Shown one piece after another: positions 37,870-51,139 of a stretch of DNA of 64,000 bases. Origin of the DNA: Octopus vulgaris (taxonomy: Eukaryota); NCBI GenBank assembly GCA_951406725.2, contig OX597826.1, forward strand, positions 63,488,001 through 63,552,000. Reading direction: 5' to 3'. The first letter of the stretch is position 1. Every line of letters starts with the position of its first letter. Below the pieces are notes generated by a model. That model did no database searches and was not told the origin of the DNA. It saw only the letters and a program-made list of their open reading frames with translations. The translations under genes were made by a program, and so were the position numbers.

Positions 37870-38134
37870 CATCATCATCATCATCGTTTAACGTCCGTTT
37901 TCCATGCTAGCATGGGTTGGACGATTCAACTGGGGTCTGGGAAGCCAGGAGGCTGCGCCAGGCCCAGTCTGATCTGGCAATGTTTCTACAGCTGGATGCC
38001 CTTCCTAACGCCAACCACTCCGAGAGTGTAGTGGGTGCTTTTTATGTGCCACCTGCACAAGTGCCAGACGAGGCTGGCAAACGGCCACGATCGGATGGTG
38101 CTTTTTACGTGCCACCGGTACGGAGGCCAGTATG

Positions 38135-38177
<43 letters not shown>

Positions 38178-39374
38178 GTATATATATATATGGGGGGGGG
38201 GGTGTATGTACGTTTGTATACATTAATGTATTTGTTCGTCTGTCTAGCTATCTATGCACACACACACACATACACGTGTGTATATGTATACGTACGTGTG
38301 GCTATATGCATACATACATACAAAAAACATGTATGTATATGTATTCATGTATGTACGTGTATATGAAAAATAATGGATATACATGTATGTTTGTGTGCGG
38401 CTGTGACTGACAACAAACACACGGCGTGCAAAAAGTAAATAAATAAATAAATAAATAAAAAATAAACGGAAATTAACGAACAATCATATCATCTCATATG
38501 ATCGAGTCTTGATGTTTCTGCGGATGAAAACGAAAGACAGCTCATCTCTCATTCTGACTTTAGTCATCATAGGGATCTTTTCAATTTGATGGCCAGATTT
38601 TTTCATCAAATTGAAAAGATCCTTCCATAGCCGCGCGCGAGCGCACACACACACACAAAGGCATGCGGAGATAAGGGTACACGCCACAGAATGACAGAAT
38701 CGAATAAACGGGACATGAGGCGACACGTGGGATGGAGAATTGCTGAAGACGTCACGGGACGTGTGACGAAAGATTTCAGATAAAGGACACTAAAATCTAT
38801 TATAAAAATAATACTCTCGTGTTTTTCTCCGCCACAACATATGAAGGAGAAAGGAAGGGGTGATAGATGAATAAGGAAGCAAGGGGTGATGGCAAACTGG
38901 TAGTGGGAGCATTTCAAATTCTGCGTGAGAATATGTGTGTGTGTGTGTGTGTATGTAACAGAGAGTTATGTGAATGTGTGAGTGTGTGTGTGTAATGGAA
39001 GTGGGATGCTGAACATTCAATGCTGAAAAGAAAACTCAAACAGCGCTTCAACTCTGTGTGAGTATATGTGTGTATGTGTGTGCGTGTACAAGGGAAGTAT
39101 AGGAATGTATGTGTGAACTAGCGTTCTTTCACTAACAAATGATGATCGATGTCACATCTCAGAAAACAACCACTAGTTGACAAGTGTATTACTTTGTAAC
39201 GGTTAAGTTTGATTAGTAAACAATATTATGATATGTCAGAGAAAAACCATTGTTTCACCATGGGAAAAGTTCTGTTGCAGTGTTAATTTAAATTTGGCTA
39301 TGGTGGATCGAATCCACCTCATACATGCAAGATCCACTACAAATTCGATTTCCCATCTATATTTATAAATAAAA

Positions 39375-41002
39375 CTAGCAGTATCGCCCGGCGTTGCTCG
39401 GATTTGTAAGGGAAATAACTATATAAGCATTTTTAGAGAGTTATAGCAAAAAAAATGCATTAAAAATGAAATAAAAAATGATGGTATTTTTTTAAATCGT
39501 TGACTCATCGTAGACAGTTTTAGAGAGTTACTTCCCTTATATAATAGCGAAAAATGCATTAAAATGGAAAAAATGATGGTAAATTTTTTTTTAAATCGTA
39601 GACTCATCGTAGACGCGCGCTAATACCCAGAAGGGCTCGATATGAATCACGACTATAAGATACCCGGTTTTGGTTAAACTGCACCGCAAAATGTGGGAGT
39701 AGTTAGGAATCTAAATCGTAGGAGACAGACACACAACTCCACTTTTATATATAAAGATTTGTGCAACAACCAAAACATTCGGTTGTGCAAATTGTTTGCA
39801 CAGGAAACCTGCCCTGTGTGGTGGTTTTTGCCGTTTTTGTGGATCTGTTTCAGCTTTTTTAGCGATTTCTGTTTTGGCGACTTCAAGCCATGAAGTCGTT
39901 GTTCTAAAAGAACGCTGGTCTCCTTGACAACGCTTTACGACGTTGATTTCCCTACCCTGCCTTCCCCACAGCTTCACGAGGGAGGGAAGAAGGGGAGGAG
40001 CTACACAGGTGCAGGTGCGAGCATGAACGCCAACGCCGCCACCGACACACGAAAAAATTGGAAGAACCCAGACGACAGCTTCAGCCACCACCACCACCAC
40101 CACGACCAACACCATCACCACTACCACCATGACCACCACCACCACTACGCCCATGACCATCACCACCACCACCACCACCACCATCATCACCACCACGACC
40201 ACCACCGCCATCATCACCACCCCCACCACCACGACCACCACCACTAACAACAACAACAACAACAACACCACCACCACCACCACAAACACGACGACCACCA
40301 CCACCATCACCACTACCAGCACCACCGCCACAACCGCTGCCACTACCACCGCCTCCACCACCACCATACTATGCCTCTGCTCTCTCCTTTTGGCTACTAA
40401 ATCCATTACCATATTTCACAAGTACCATCGCCATACAATATTGCCTTCAAAAGTTTGTGCTTGGATAATATTTTTTTAAGTAAAAGTTGTGCAACAACTA
40501 TAACATTCAGTTGTGCAAATTATTTGCACGGGAAACCTTCCCTGTGTGGCGTGTTTCCCGATTTTGTAGAATTTGCTTTCGGGCTTTCTTAACCATTTCT
40601 GTTTTGGTGTCTTCAAGTCATGAAGTCGTTGTTCTAAAAGAAAGCTGGTCTCCTTGACAACGCTTTACGACGTTGATTTCCTTATATTTCCTTCCCCACA
40701 GCTTCACGAGGGAGGGAATAAGGGGTAGAAGCAACACAGGTGCAGGTGTGAGCATGGACGCCATCTCCGCCGCCTTCCCTTTATTTAATTAATATGCGTT
40801 AAAATGGAAATAAATTATGGTAAATTATTTTTTAAATCGTAGACTCATCGTAGACGCGCGCTAATACCCAGACGGGCTCGGTATGAATCACGACTATAAG
40901 ATACCCGAATTTGGTGAAACTGCACCGCAAAATGTGGGAGTAGTTAGGAATCTAAATCGTAGGAGACAGACACTCACACAACTTCACTTTTATATATATA
41001 GA
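39375..41002 (-). mobile_element. Compound non-autonomous Helitron with two 5' ends and one 3' end
   Basis: 3' CTAG at 39375-39378 is preceded by a GC-rich hairpin. 5' TC termini are at 39757 and 41002. Homologous to the simple copy at 57550-57932. Confidence 0.8.
40085..40365. repeat. (CAC)n/(CAA)n degenerate microsatellite inside the Helitron
   Basis: Directly visible. Confidence 0.95.
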
Positions 41003-41104
41003 TACTACAATTAGCCGTCATTTTTGACGTCCCGAGATCAGCTACTAAGAATAATAATAAAGCTAAAGTGAAGAATGGGTATGTAGTGGGTGTGGCTGTT
41101 GAGC

Positions 41105-41143
<39 letters not shown>

Positions 41144-41562
41144 AATAATTAAATAAATAAATAAATAAAAACAGCGTCCCGAAACAACACACGATTTCAC
41201 TTCAGGAATCTTGCAAAACAAATACATCAACGGAGATAACTATTTGAATATAATGTAATTATGTCCCTTACATCAAAGACTATGTTGCAAATTAAGAAAT
41301 AAAAGGTAGAATTCTAGTTTAAACAACCTCATTACTTTTTTTTATTTTTTGGAATTTTCAGAACATGTTTACGAATTTTTGTTCTACACACAGGAATTCA
41401 TAAGATTACGAATATTTTTTTTTTAATTTTGAACCCCACCCCCACTCATAAATCCGTTGGAATTTTCTTAAAAATCATTTTAAAATATTGACAATCCTAA
41501 TTTTTTGCTATAATCACAGCAATGGACAACTCATCATTCCATGTCATGGGGGAGAGAAATAT

Positions 41563-42134
41563 TTATTTCTTTATTACCCACAGGGGACAAACAAGGACAG
41601 ACAAAGGGATTAAGTCGATTACATCGACCCCAGTGCGTAACTGGTACTTTTAATCGATGAAGGCAAAGTCGACCTCGGCGGAGTTTGAACTCAGACCGTA
41701 ACGATAGACGATATACCTTTTTTTTTTTACTATCCACAAGGGGCTAAACACAGAGAGGACAAACAAGGACAGACAAACGGATTAAGTCGATTATATCGAC
41801 CCCAGTGCGTAACTGGTACTTAATTTATCGACCCCGAAAGGATGAAAGACAAAGTCGACCTCGGCGAAATTTGAACTCAGAACATAGCGGCAGACGAAAT
41901 ACTTATTTCTTTACTACCCACAAGGGGCTAAACACAGAGAGGACAAACAAGGACAGACAAACGGATTAAGTCGATTACATCGATTTCAGTGCGTAACTGG
42001 TACTTATTTAATCGACCCCGAAAGGATGAAAGGTAAAGTCGACCTCGGCGGAATATGAGCTCAGAACGTAGCGGCTGACGAAATACCGCTAAGCATTTCG
42101 CCCGGCGTGCTAACGCTTCTGCCAGCTCGCCGCC
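41563..42134 (-). mobile_element. Nin-type SINE with tandemly reiterated body (about three units)
   Basis: Repeated cacaaggggctaaacacagagagg...aaagtcgacctcggcg...tgaactcag modules with a single tRNA head at 42080-42134. A similar structure is at 28950-29344. Confidence 0.85.
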
Positions 42135-43105
42135 CTCTGGGGAAATATATATTGAAAAACATCAATACATGCCAGTGACAAAGAAACGAGGAGGGTATCA
42201 GGTAGTAGTAAGATGTGCTAAAAATAACAGCTAAATCACCTTTAAATCATACACAGCCCCAACATTTTTTTCTTTTCCTTTTGCATAATTGTATGAATTA
42301 CTTTGTGTAGAACACAAATTCCCAATAATTTTCTTAAAATTCTAAAAGCTAAAAAAAAATTTGTAAGGGCTTACACGGGGTGCTTAAACTAGAATTCAAC
42401 CAATAAAACTTTAATATTATTTCCCCAAAATATTTTTGTGCACATAACATCGTCAATGTTGTGTCCACTAAGTGTTTAGGGTTTTTGCAACATACATCCT
42501 CATCCAGGCGACCGCCCTCTGGGGAAATATATATTGAAAAACATCAATACATGCCAGTGACAAAGAAACGAGGAGGGTATCAGGTAGTAGGTCACGATCG
42601 TGGCCCAAATAGATGCATTTGATTTATGGGCGTTTGTTGTAAATAAGGTAATACAAAATCTGTTTTTATTATTATTATTATTTGGCATCACCTTGCATAT
42701 TTTACTAAACTTCTCACCTGCTTTGCTTACAGTTTTTTTTTCAATACTCGTTTAAACATAAATAAAATAAAAGCGCTTTGGTAATAATTCGTTCTGGTCT
42801 GGTACAAGACGGGGTCGATGTGAGATGTCCCCATGAGTTAGCTCACCGCACTGGATGATACCAACTTTAGTGCCCCCAACTTTTGCCTCAAATCAAATAA
42901 CTAGATACACTATGTTTGAGGGAAAAAAATGACGGGATGGTCACGGCGAGAATACTTTTGATTTTAGCTGTCCAACTAGACTCACCTGGGACTAGAACAC
43001 CACAACGAAAGATTTTTGTAGAGACCCGCAAAGTGACGTTAAATAGTTGAGAGGTTATTTAAACAAAGGGAAGTAATTCTCAGTCACACGTCGTCAGTGG
43101 TTGCA

Positions 43106-43178
43106 ATGGATTCCCCTCAAAGCACCAAAGTTGTGCATTATATGCAGGACTTGTTCAGTAAATATGACAAGATTAGGG
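43106..43178 (+). CDS. FPGT: Fucose-1-phosphate guanylyltransferase, coding exon 1 (MDSPQSTKVVHYMQDLFSKYDKIRG)
   Basis: ATG at 43106 in gcaATGG context. Phase-1 donor G|GTAAGC at 43179 fits exon 2. KYDKIRG parallels RFSELRG of vertebrate FPGT. Too short to appear in the ORF track. Confidence 0.85.
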
Positions 43179-43582
43179 GTAAGCTTGTTTGTTTTATTTC
43201 TAACTATTGCCTGTAAGATAACAAGGTAAACGTTTGCTCATTTCCTGATGGTATCTTTTGAGGTAACAACTCCGAAAAGCATGTTGCACCGCATGTCCGG
43301 TCTACATCGATATATTTGTTGTCATGGATGGGTTGCGGATTACGTTGTCACATTTATACTGCTAACCCGAACTAAAGTTGAAACGACGAACAATGGGGAA
43401 ATCATTATAAACGTCAGAAACACTGAACAAGTCGTCAAAATAACAAACTAGGGAATACTGCAAGAAATAAAATAAATAAATAAATAAAAGACAGGGTTCC
43501 ACGTATCCAGGAACGACACTAAACTTCGTTGGTCTCTAATCAGGATGTGGCGACATTTATAGTGTATCGTGATACCCTGAGA

Positions 43583-43700
43583 CAGCGGTCCTCAACCCTT
43601 ATTTGCATCGCGGGACCGGTTTCATGCGAGACAATTTTTCTACGGACCGGAGATCGTTTGCGTAATGAACCACAGTGCATAATATACAATTTATTTATCA
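43583..43700 (+). mobile_element. hAT-Charlie (MER1-like) terminal fragment in FPGT intron 1
   Basis: cagcggtcctcaaccc...gggaccggtttcatgcgagacaatttttctacggacc resembles MER1/Charlie left ends as recalled, not searched. Confidence 0.55.
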
Positions 43701-43720
43701 CACACACATACGTATGTGTG

Positions 43721-43774
<54 letters not shown>

Positions 43775-45391
43775 ATACACAGATTTCTGCCCCTCCTCCC
43801 GACTTTGGATGATCATAACTTTCAGAAAATGGATTTTATTTTAATGAAATTTGGCAACTGGAGTCTTGACAGTTGTTTACTACACACTGTTTTACACTAT
43901 ATATATATATATGGTTAATCTCCAGTTTAAGAGCTGGTCACAACATTTTTTTTTAAATAGAGTAATAGGTGTAAAACAATGCGTAGGGTATCTTTGACAA
44001 TGGTTAAAGTTGTAGTGAGGTTTCCTCGAGAGATTATATTTTTCTTTATCGTAGTAATAAGTGTATCGTTTTATCCATGTATTGTGTATGTATTGTAACG
44101 AAGTTAGAGATACGTTGGCAACGACTGCTCTACCTGGAAGTTCGATTTGCTAGCTAATGAAGTCAGATTCCTATTAAAATTATGCCTTACCGTAATAAAA
44201 AAAAATATCACGTTTGTTAATATTGTAGAGAGTTTATCTAGAGTAAACAGAAACGAAAAGAACAAACTGCTCACGTATAGAACACTTCCCCCCTACATCT
44301 GCTGGTTCAAAGTCGACTTCTTAAAAAACAGCAAACCCAAATAAATGAATCGAGGAAGTTTCTATATTGCTGTTACTCCACCTAATAAAAATAACGGTGC
44401 TAGACCTCTTTTCTTAGGGCAGACAGCTTCCTTCAGAATCGTTTCTTTTTTCATCAAAACAAATCCGCATTTTACACTTCCGCATCAGATTGTCAATTAT
44501 ATATTGTATTTTGCGGTATAAAGAAATGCAACCGGCGTATTGATGCACTCTACTTTCAGCAGTGCGTATTTAAAACAAAATAAAAAAAAGGTTTTTAGAG
44601 CAGTAAAGCATATAATATTTAAAGAATCTTTGCATATAGGACCTGGAGTGATTGTTTTGAGACTTCTTTTTTCGTTGTTGTTTTGGAAAAAAAACGTGCG
44701 TCTGATACGTAACTTTCGCTTTTCACTTTCACATTTTTAATTTATGTTCATCTTCGGTGCTTCGCTCTTATCACACTCTTTCTTGTTTTAACCCTTCCGA
44801 ATAAATAGTGAAATAACTTTGAACCACTCTGATCAAATTACTTGCTGAATATGTATAGTTCAGAAACGGAAACTAATTAAGTCATTGAACTAACTTTTTT
44901 TAATATTGATAAGCCTTTACACTTCTTTGTTCATATATCAAGTCAGGCGACTATATATGTAAAGATATGTTTTGTGGATGCCCTAAGGACTATGTTTCGC
45001 AGTCTTATGGATAGCCGTAGATCGAAATAAATAAATATATAAATAAATTGTAGAATAACTTAAATCTCGAAGTTGTTTGTTTAAAAGGACAAGGGCTGCT
45101 TTCAGGGAGATCAAACATACATTATCAAATTCATAAATAATCGCTCATTAAAATGAGTGGTCGTAGGAACATACAGAAAGGAAAGCGCCTTTACATATTG
45201 TTGCGTGACGTGGAGTATCAACAAACAAGTGCGAAGGCCTTACCAGTGCTGTAGAGTTGTGGCCCTTTAGACGAATGTTGACGATATCCTCCCATACAGA
45301 TAGAGTAATGTTTTGAAGTACTTAGATGGGCAAAAATCCCCGAAAGCAAACACGCTAAATTTATTGAACAGCAAATGTGAAGACAAAACCT

Positions 45392-45532
45392 TAAACGCAG
45401 TGTTATTACCAGTTTGAATATGCCAATAGCACGAGAAATTTTCTCCAAGTCAAGACACTCCAAGTCAATGGCTTGTTTACAAGTCCGAACGTGCTATTGG
45501 CATATTCGAACTGGTAAATAACATTGCATTTA
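45392..45532. repeat. Inverted repeat with ~42-bp arms and ~56-bp spacer
   Basis: Arms at 45392-45433 and 45490-45532. Confidence 0.85.
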
Positions 45533-46196
45533 TACACATCACTGCTTTGCGCGCTCATCCAGTAATTTAAAACCTTAAACATTTAGTGATCATTGGAAAA
45601 CTAAAAGGAAGAAGATAAGGCTAGAGTAGGATCAATCCAATAAACTTTCAAGTTGTGTGTGAAGCAGTAGAAAGTGGAGATCCATGGTTACTGACACAAG
45701 TAGGCATGGCACATACTGAAGAAATACTTGTTTGGTGATTTGATCAGAGACTGTGTGTTGTAACTGATGCAACATCATGGAGGAGTCATTTTAACTATTT
45801 AAAACACAGAACATCTTATCTTTTACTTACTTCATTCATTGGACTGCAGCCTTGCTGGTGCACTGCCTTGAAGGGTTTTAAGTCAGACAAATCAACTCCA
45901 GTACTTATTTTTGTTTTCTAAGTCTGGTACTTACTCTAACGGACTCATCTGACAAACAGCTAAGTTACTAGGATGTAAGTAAACCAACATCAGTTGTCAA
46001 GTGATGGTGGGGGACAAACACAAATACGCACATACATGCACATTTATGTGATGGGTTTCCACACAGTTTCTGTATACCATATTCACTCATAAAGCATTGG
46101 TTGATTCAGAGCTATAGTAGTAGATACTTGCTCAAGGTTCTGCACAGGACTGAACTCAAAAACACATGGTCACAAGGTGAACTACTACTACTGTTG

Positions 46197-46259
46197 CTTC
46201 TTCTTCTTCTTCTTCTTCTTCTTCTTCTTCTTCTTCTTCTTCTTCTTCTTCTTCTTCTT

Positions 46260-46290
<31 letters not shown>

Positions 46291-46308
46291 TTATTATTCT
46301 TCTTATTC

Positions 46309-46352
<44 letters not shown>
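46197..46352. repeat. (CTT)n followed by (ATT)n
   Basis: Directly visible. Confidence 0.98.
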
Positions 46353-46354
<2 letters not shown>

Positions 46355-46709
46355 GGCAGCGAGTTGGCAGAATTGTTAGCACAGTTCAGACATAATTGAC
46401 CTTGGGATTGCACCTAAAATGTTACTCTCCAAGGCACAAGTCTGGGCAAGTTTGCTTATGGAAGAGCAGCAGTTGCCCATGAAACCCAGTCTCTCTTCTC
46501 CACGTCACCACTGTTATCCAAGGCAAAGGTCAATGCAGCTTGGCACCAGTAATGTTGCAACTCATTTCTACAGCTGAGTGGACTGGGGCAACGGGAAAGA
46601 AACACACAGCCCAGTCCAAGAATCAAACTCACTACCTCATGATTGTGGGCCTGGCATTCTAACCACTGAGCCAGCATCCTTACTCATATTTATACATTAA
46701 GCAATCTGG

Positions 46710-47353
46710 GGTAGAGGTAGAGCCAGGAAGACATGGGATGAGGTAGTCAAGCTTGACCTTCGAACGTTGGGCCTCACAGAGGCAATGATGAAAGACCGAG
46801 ACCTCTGGAGATATGCTGTGACTGCGAAGACCCGACAAATGAAGTGAGTTCATGGTTCACAGGACAGCCTGCTGTGCTTACCTTGGATTGTAGGGTGACC
46901 TGCTGTGCTTGAGGAGACCTATTGAGTCAAGTACATCAACATCAAAATAAAAACAAATAGAAATTGTAGTTGTGATGCCCATGCTGGTGGCACGTAAAAA
47001 GCACCACCTGAACGTGGCCGATGCCAGCGCCGCCCTGACTGGCATCTGTGCCGGTGGCACGTAAAAAGCACCAACCAATCGTGGCCATTGCCAGCCTCCT
47101 CTGGCCCCTGTGCCGGTGGCACATAAAAAGCACCATCCGATTGTGGCCGTTGCCAGCCTCCTCTGGCCCCTGTGCCAGTGACACGTAAAAAGCACCCACT
47201 ACACTCACAGAGTGGTTGGTGTTAGGAAGGGCATCCAGCTGTAGAAACACTACCAAATTAGACTGGAGCCTGGTGCAGCCTCCTGGCTTCCCAGACCCCG
47301 GTCAAACCGTCCAACCCATGCTTGCATGGAAAACAGATGTTAAACGATGATGA
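46710..47353 (+). mobile_element. RTE LINE 3' fragment in FPGT intron 1
   Basis: Encodes RKTWDEVVKLDLRTLGLTEAMMKDRDLWRYAV, followed by the repeat-containing UTR and GAT tail. Confidence 0.88.
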
Positions 47354-47562
47354 TCACACAGACACACACACAGAGTATACTATATAATATACTATGCTAT
47401 ATATCATGTATTGTTATGCTAGAAATTGTGTAACATTGTCATGTATTATACTACTGTTTTATATATAACACTAAGTTATACATGTTATGTAATATACTAT
47501 GCTATACATTATGTATTATATTTTGTATGAAATTCCTATCCTATATTCTATTTCATTTATAG

Positions 47563-47736
47563 GGCAAGATAAAAACAGTGGACATACTCCTTTTTGGGAT
47601 GCTGTTGTCATCACAACTGCTGACAAAGATCAGAAACAAGGTTATCAGCTCCAGATTGAAGCAAAAAGGAAGAGAAATGAGTTGCCTCTTAACCTAGAAA
47701 TCCATGTGATTTCTGACCCACCTGGTGTTAAACTAG
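47563..47736 (+). CDS. FPGT: Fucose-1-phosphate guanylyltransferase, coding exon 2
   Basis: Acceptor tttcatttatAG. Encodes FWDAVVITTADKDQ...ELPLNLEIHVISDPPGVKLG, matching the FPGT/FKP N-terminal WD..ITAAD..Q and DP.G.KIG motifs. Phase-1 donor G|GTAAGA. Confidence 0.95.
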
Positions 47737-50337
47737 GTAAGAAATCCTGTAAATTGTTGTTGTTATGGCAAGAATCGTTAGCATACCAGATAAAATGTTT
47801 AGTAACATTTTTGCTCTTGGTAATTGAGAGAACTTATTGTTGGATTTAAAAAAGTGTCCAGTTTATCCCTTAATCTTTGCATTCCAGTTCAGCTGAAGTT
47901 GATCCAGTAATATTATAGACAGCCATGGCTGTGTGGCAAGAAGCATGTTTCCCAACCACATGGTTCTAGGTTCAGTCCCACTGCATAACACCTTGGGCAA
48001 GTGTCTTCTACTATAGCCCCAGGCCAACCAAAGCTTTGTGAGAACTTAGTAGACAGAAACTGAAAGAAGCCCATCCAAATGCCCAGGAGGCTCTCTTGAG
48101 GTTGTAGATAGTTTCTGTTACATAGGTGACCAAATTAGCAATGGTGGAGGATGCTCTGAAAGAATTGGGTGGAGGAAGTTCAGAGAGCTATTACCTCTAT
48201 TGGCAACAAAAGGCCTCTCTCTCAGAGTGAAAGGTAGACTATATGATAGTTGTGTACAAATGGTTATACTCCATGGGATCTGAATGCTGAAGACATGAAG
48301 ACCCAGGAAGACATGGGATGAAGTGGTAAGGACTGATCTCAGGAAGTTGGACCACATGAAGGATGGTCATGGACCAAGATGTCTAGTGATATGAAGTTCT
48401 TGAGAAGACCTGCCCACATCAGCAAAACTGAGTTCTAGAAGTGCTGTGTGTCCCACCCACATTTAACAAGAAAACTTCTCACGCATTCTACCAAAATGAA
48501 CCAAGCTACGTCTCTACATTTCTTCTCTTCCTCTCAGTTTTGCTTCATGTACTGTGATTACCTCTCCCCAATCTTGTCCTCTTGGCCCAGTGCCCTGTAT
48601 CATTGCTCTCTGCTTGCCACTGACCTGTGTGTTCTACCCACATGCCTTGTCTTACTCTATTATTGCCATCTGCTAGCTCCCGACTTGGGTGTTCCACCCA
48701 CACATAACAAGAAAACTTTTCCTTCACCCTACCCCAACAAACCAATCTACATCTCTTTTTCACATTTCCTCCTTCATTCACTATGCCTAACTCTCACTCC
48801 CAATTCCTGTCCTCACACCCCTGTTCCTCTGTATCATTGCTTCCTGGTAGCCCCTCCAAATCTATATATACTCAGGTCTTTCACCACTTACTTGCACTCT
48901 TTAATCACCCTCCCTTTACAATATCCTGTCACTTATATTATGGTATTTGAACCTCAAAGGTATTCCCTGGCACTTGCCACTATCTATATCACTCTCTTCC
49001 TTTACTCAACCATCTCATTTATACTCTGATTCTCGTTCCTTGTGAGTATGCCCGGCATTTTGCCATCATCTCCATCCTGCAGTCTCTGTCTCTCTCCTTC
49101 TCCTGCACTTCCCTCAGGTTGGTCGATCATATATTTTTTTTGTGGTAGCACACTCGTTTCTGTTCTTATTCCTGGTTGTTCTCTCTCTGGCCGGGTAACC
49201 TTGTACTTCCCCTACAAGACACCTGTATCTGTCTCACTATAACCTTTTCTTCATCACCTCCTCCTCTCTTAAAAGTTTTTGTCTTGCAAGTGCTTGGTGA
49301 CTCTGTCAGTGCAGGTGCCACTTAAAAGCACCCAGTCCACACTGCAAAGTGGTTGGTGTCCAGAGGGGCATCCTGCTGTAAAATCCCTGCCAAAACTGAC
49401 CTTGCCTGTGCTTGTGCCATGTAAAAATCACTACTCACCTTGCCTGTGCTTGTACCATATGAAAAGCACTAAGTCTGCTGAGTGGTTGGAGTTAGGAAGG
49501 GCATCCAGCTGTAAAAATCTTGCCAAAACAGTATCGTCCCACCCATGCTAGCATGGAACACGGACATTGAATGATGGTGATGATGATATATATGTATGTG
49601 TGTGTGTATATATATTCTTCCCTGCCGTAATGCTTCATTTCCACACACGCCAGCTGAATTCAATTCGTCCCCAGTTGAAAGACACCTGTTGTTATGTCCT
49701 GTTATTATTATTATTTTTATTGTATTTTGTATTTATATTTGTGTAACATTGTCTGTTTTTCCATCCTTGCTTTTGTATACATTCGATGCTTCCTTCCAAG
49801 GAATCTAACGCTCTTAGCTTAGTTTTTCCTTGGGGCTGGCCGGATTGGAGCAATCTCAAGATTAATCAGCTGAAATTGCGAGGATGATCCGGTTCTTGAC
49901 TAAGGATAGAAAGCTTCGAATGACCCATCCTTGTGTTTTTTTTGTATCGTCTATCTGGATGTTTTGTTGTTCCTTTTGGTATCACTTAGTTGTCCGGATG
50001 TTTTGCGTACTTGTCCCATTTTGTATTTTATATATATATATAATGTGTGTTTGTGCCTGTGATTGTCCCCACCCACCACTACAGCTTGACAACTATTGTT
50101 GGTGTATTTGTGTCCCCATAATGTAGCAGTTCGGCAAAAGAGACCAATAGAATAAATACTAAGCTTAAGAATTAAGTCTTGGGGGTTGATTTGTTTGACT
50201 GAAACCCTTCAAGGCAGTGCTCCAGCATGGCTGCAGTCAAATGACTGAAACAAGTAAAAAAAGTAAAAGAAAGATATATATTTTGCCATTGTGTTTGTAT
50301 AAGAAATCTATACTTATTAGGAATTATACACATTTAA

Positions 50338-50547
50338 CCCTTTTGTTACTAACCCGGCTCTTGCTCTGTGGTAAAATGTCTTGTTTTCATAAGTTTTTAA
50401 TTAAAATCTTCCACCAATCCTTAGTCAAAATTTACGTTCCTAACACTAGCTTAATGATAACAAAGTTATTTTACTAAATTCTTTGTTATATTTAAAATAA
50501 TTGAAAGAAACACAGAGCATCTCAAAATAAATACAGTAACGAAAGGG
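50338..50547. mobile_element. TTAA-target (piggyBac-like) MITE in FPGT intron 2
   Basis: TTAA at 50334-50337 and 50548-50551, with TIRs cccttttgttact and agtaacgaaaggg. Confidence 0.85.
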
Positions 50548-50687
50548 TTAATTGTTGTTTGTGGACCCATACCTGCATGGAAAAATGTATTTGAAATAAT
50601 GATGAAGGTGGCAACAATTAACAGTTTTACAGGTATTTGTTTTTGTTTAGGGTTTCTTTCATAAGTCATCTGATACATCTATATGAT

Positions 50688-51030
50688 CCAACAAGGAAAC
50701 CTCTATATGGTCACTTGACCTGCTCGAAATAGCAGCTATGTCTCCTTTAAATCCCACCTTACACTCTAATGAAGCAAGCACATAGTAGATAATGTAGTCC
50801 TACATATCTCTGAGCCAACAAGGAAACCTCTGCATGGTAACTTGGCTGGCTAGAAATAGCTGCCATATCTCCCTGAAATCCCACCTTACACTCTTAAGTA
50901 AGACAAGGACACAGTATACAATGTAGTAGTACACACTCCTAAAAAGTCAGGACAGTCCTGGTTGGAATTACTTTAATCATAATCTACTTGAATCAGGACT
51001 GATTCAAGCTGTTAAATAACAACCACAACC
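50688..51030 (+). repeat. Dispersed unclassified SINE-like family with an internal ~127-bp tandem duplication
   Basis: ccaacaaggaaacctct...cccaccttacactct occurs twice. Related gctagaaatagcagccaaatct copies lie near 470, 2285, 3120, 44100, 53480 and 53735. Confidence 0.7.
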
Positions 51031-51139
51031 TGTACAAGACATCAGAGAATGTAAATTTTGATCTTTCATAGAAATTAAATGTTTGGAATAACAATTTATT
51101 AAGAAAATATCTTGATACTAATTGTACATTTCTCTTCAG

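Noticed and set aside
46980-47200. CRISPR-like repeat-spacer pattern (GGTGGCACGTAAAAAGCACC)
   Set aside because: Spacers are homologous to each other, the array is part of an RTE 3' UTR, and the context is eukaryotic with no cas genes.
47499-47849. ORF-track start and stop for this ORF, and likewise the start at 51112 and the ends of 62546-63043
   Set aside because: The extensions lie in introns. Splice sites and homology define shorter exons.
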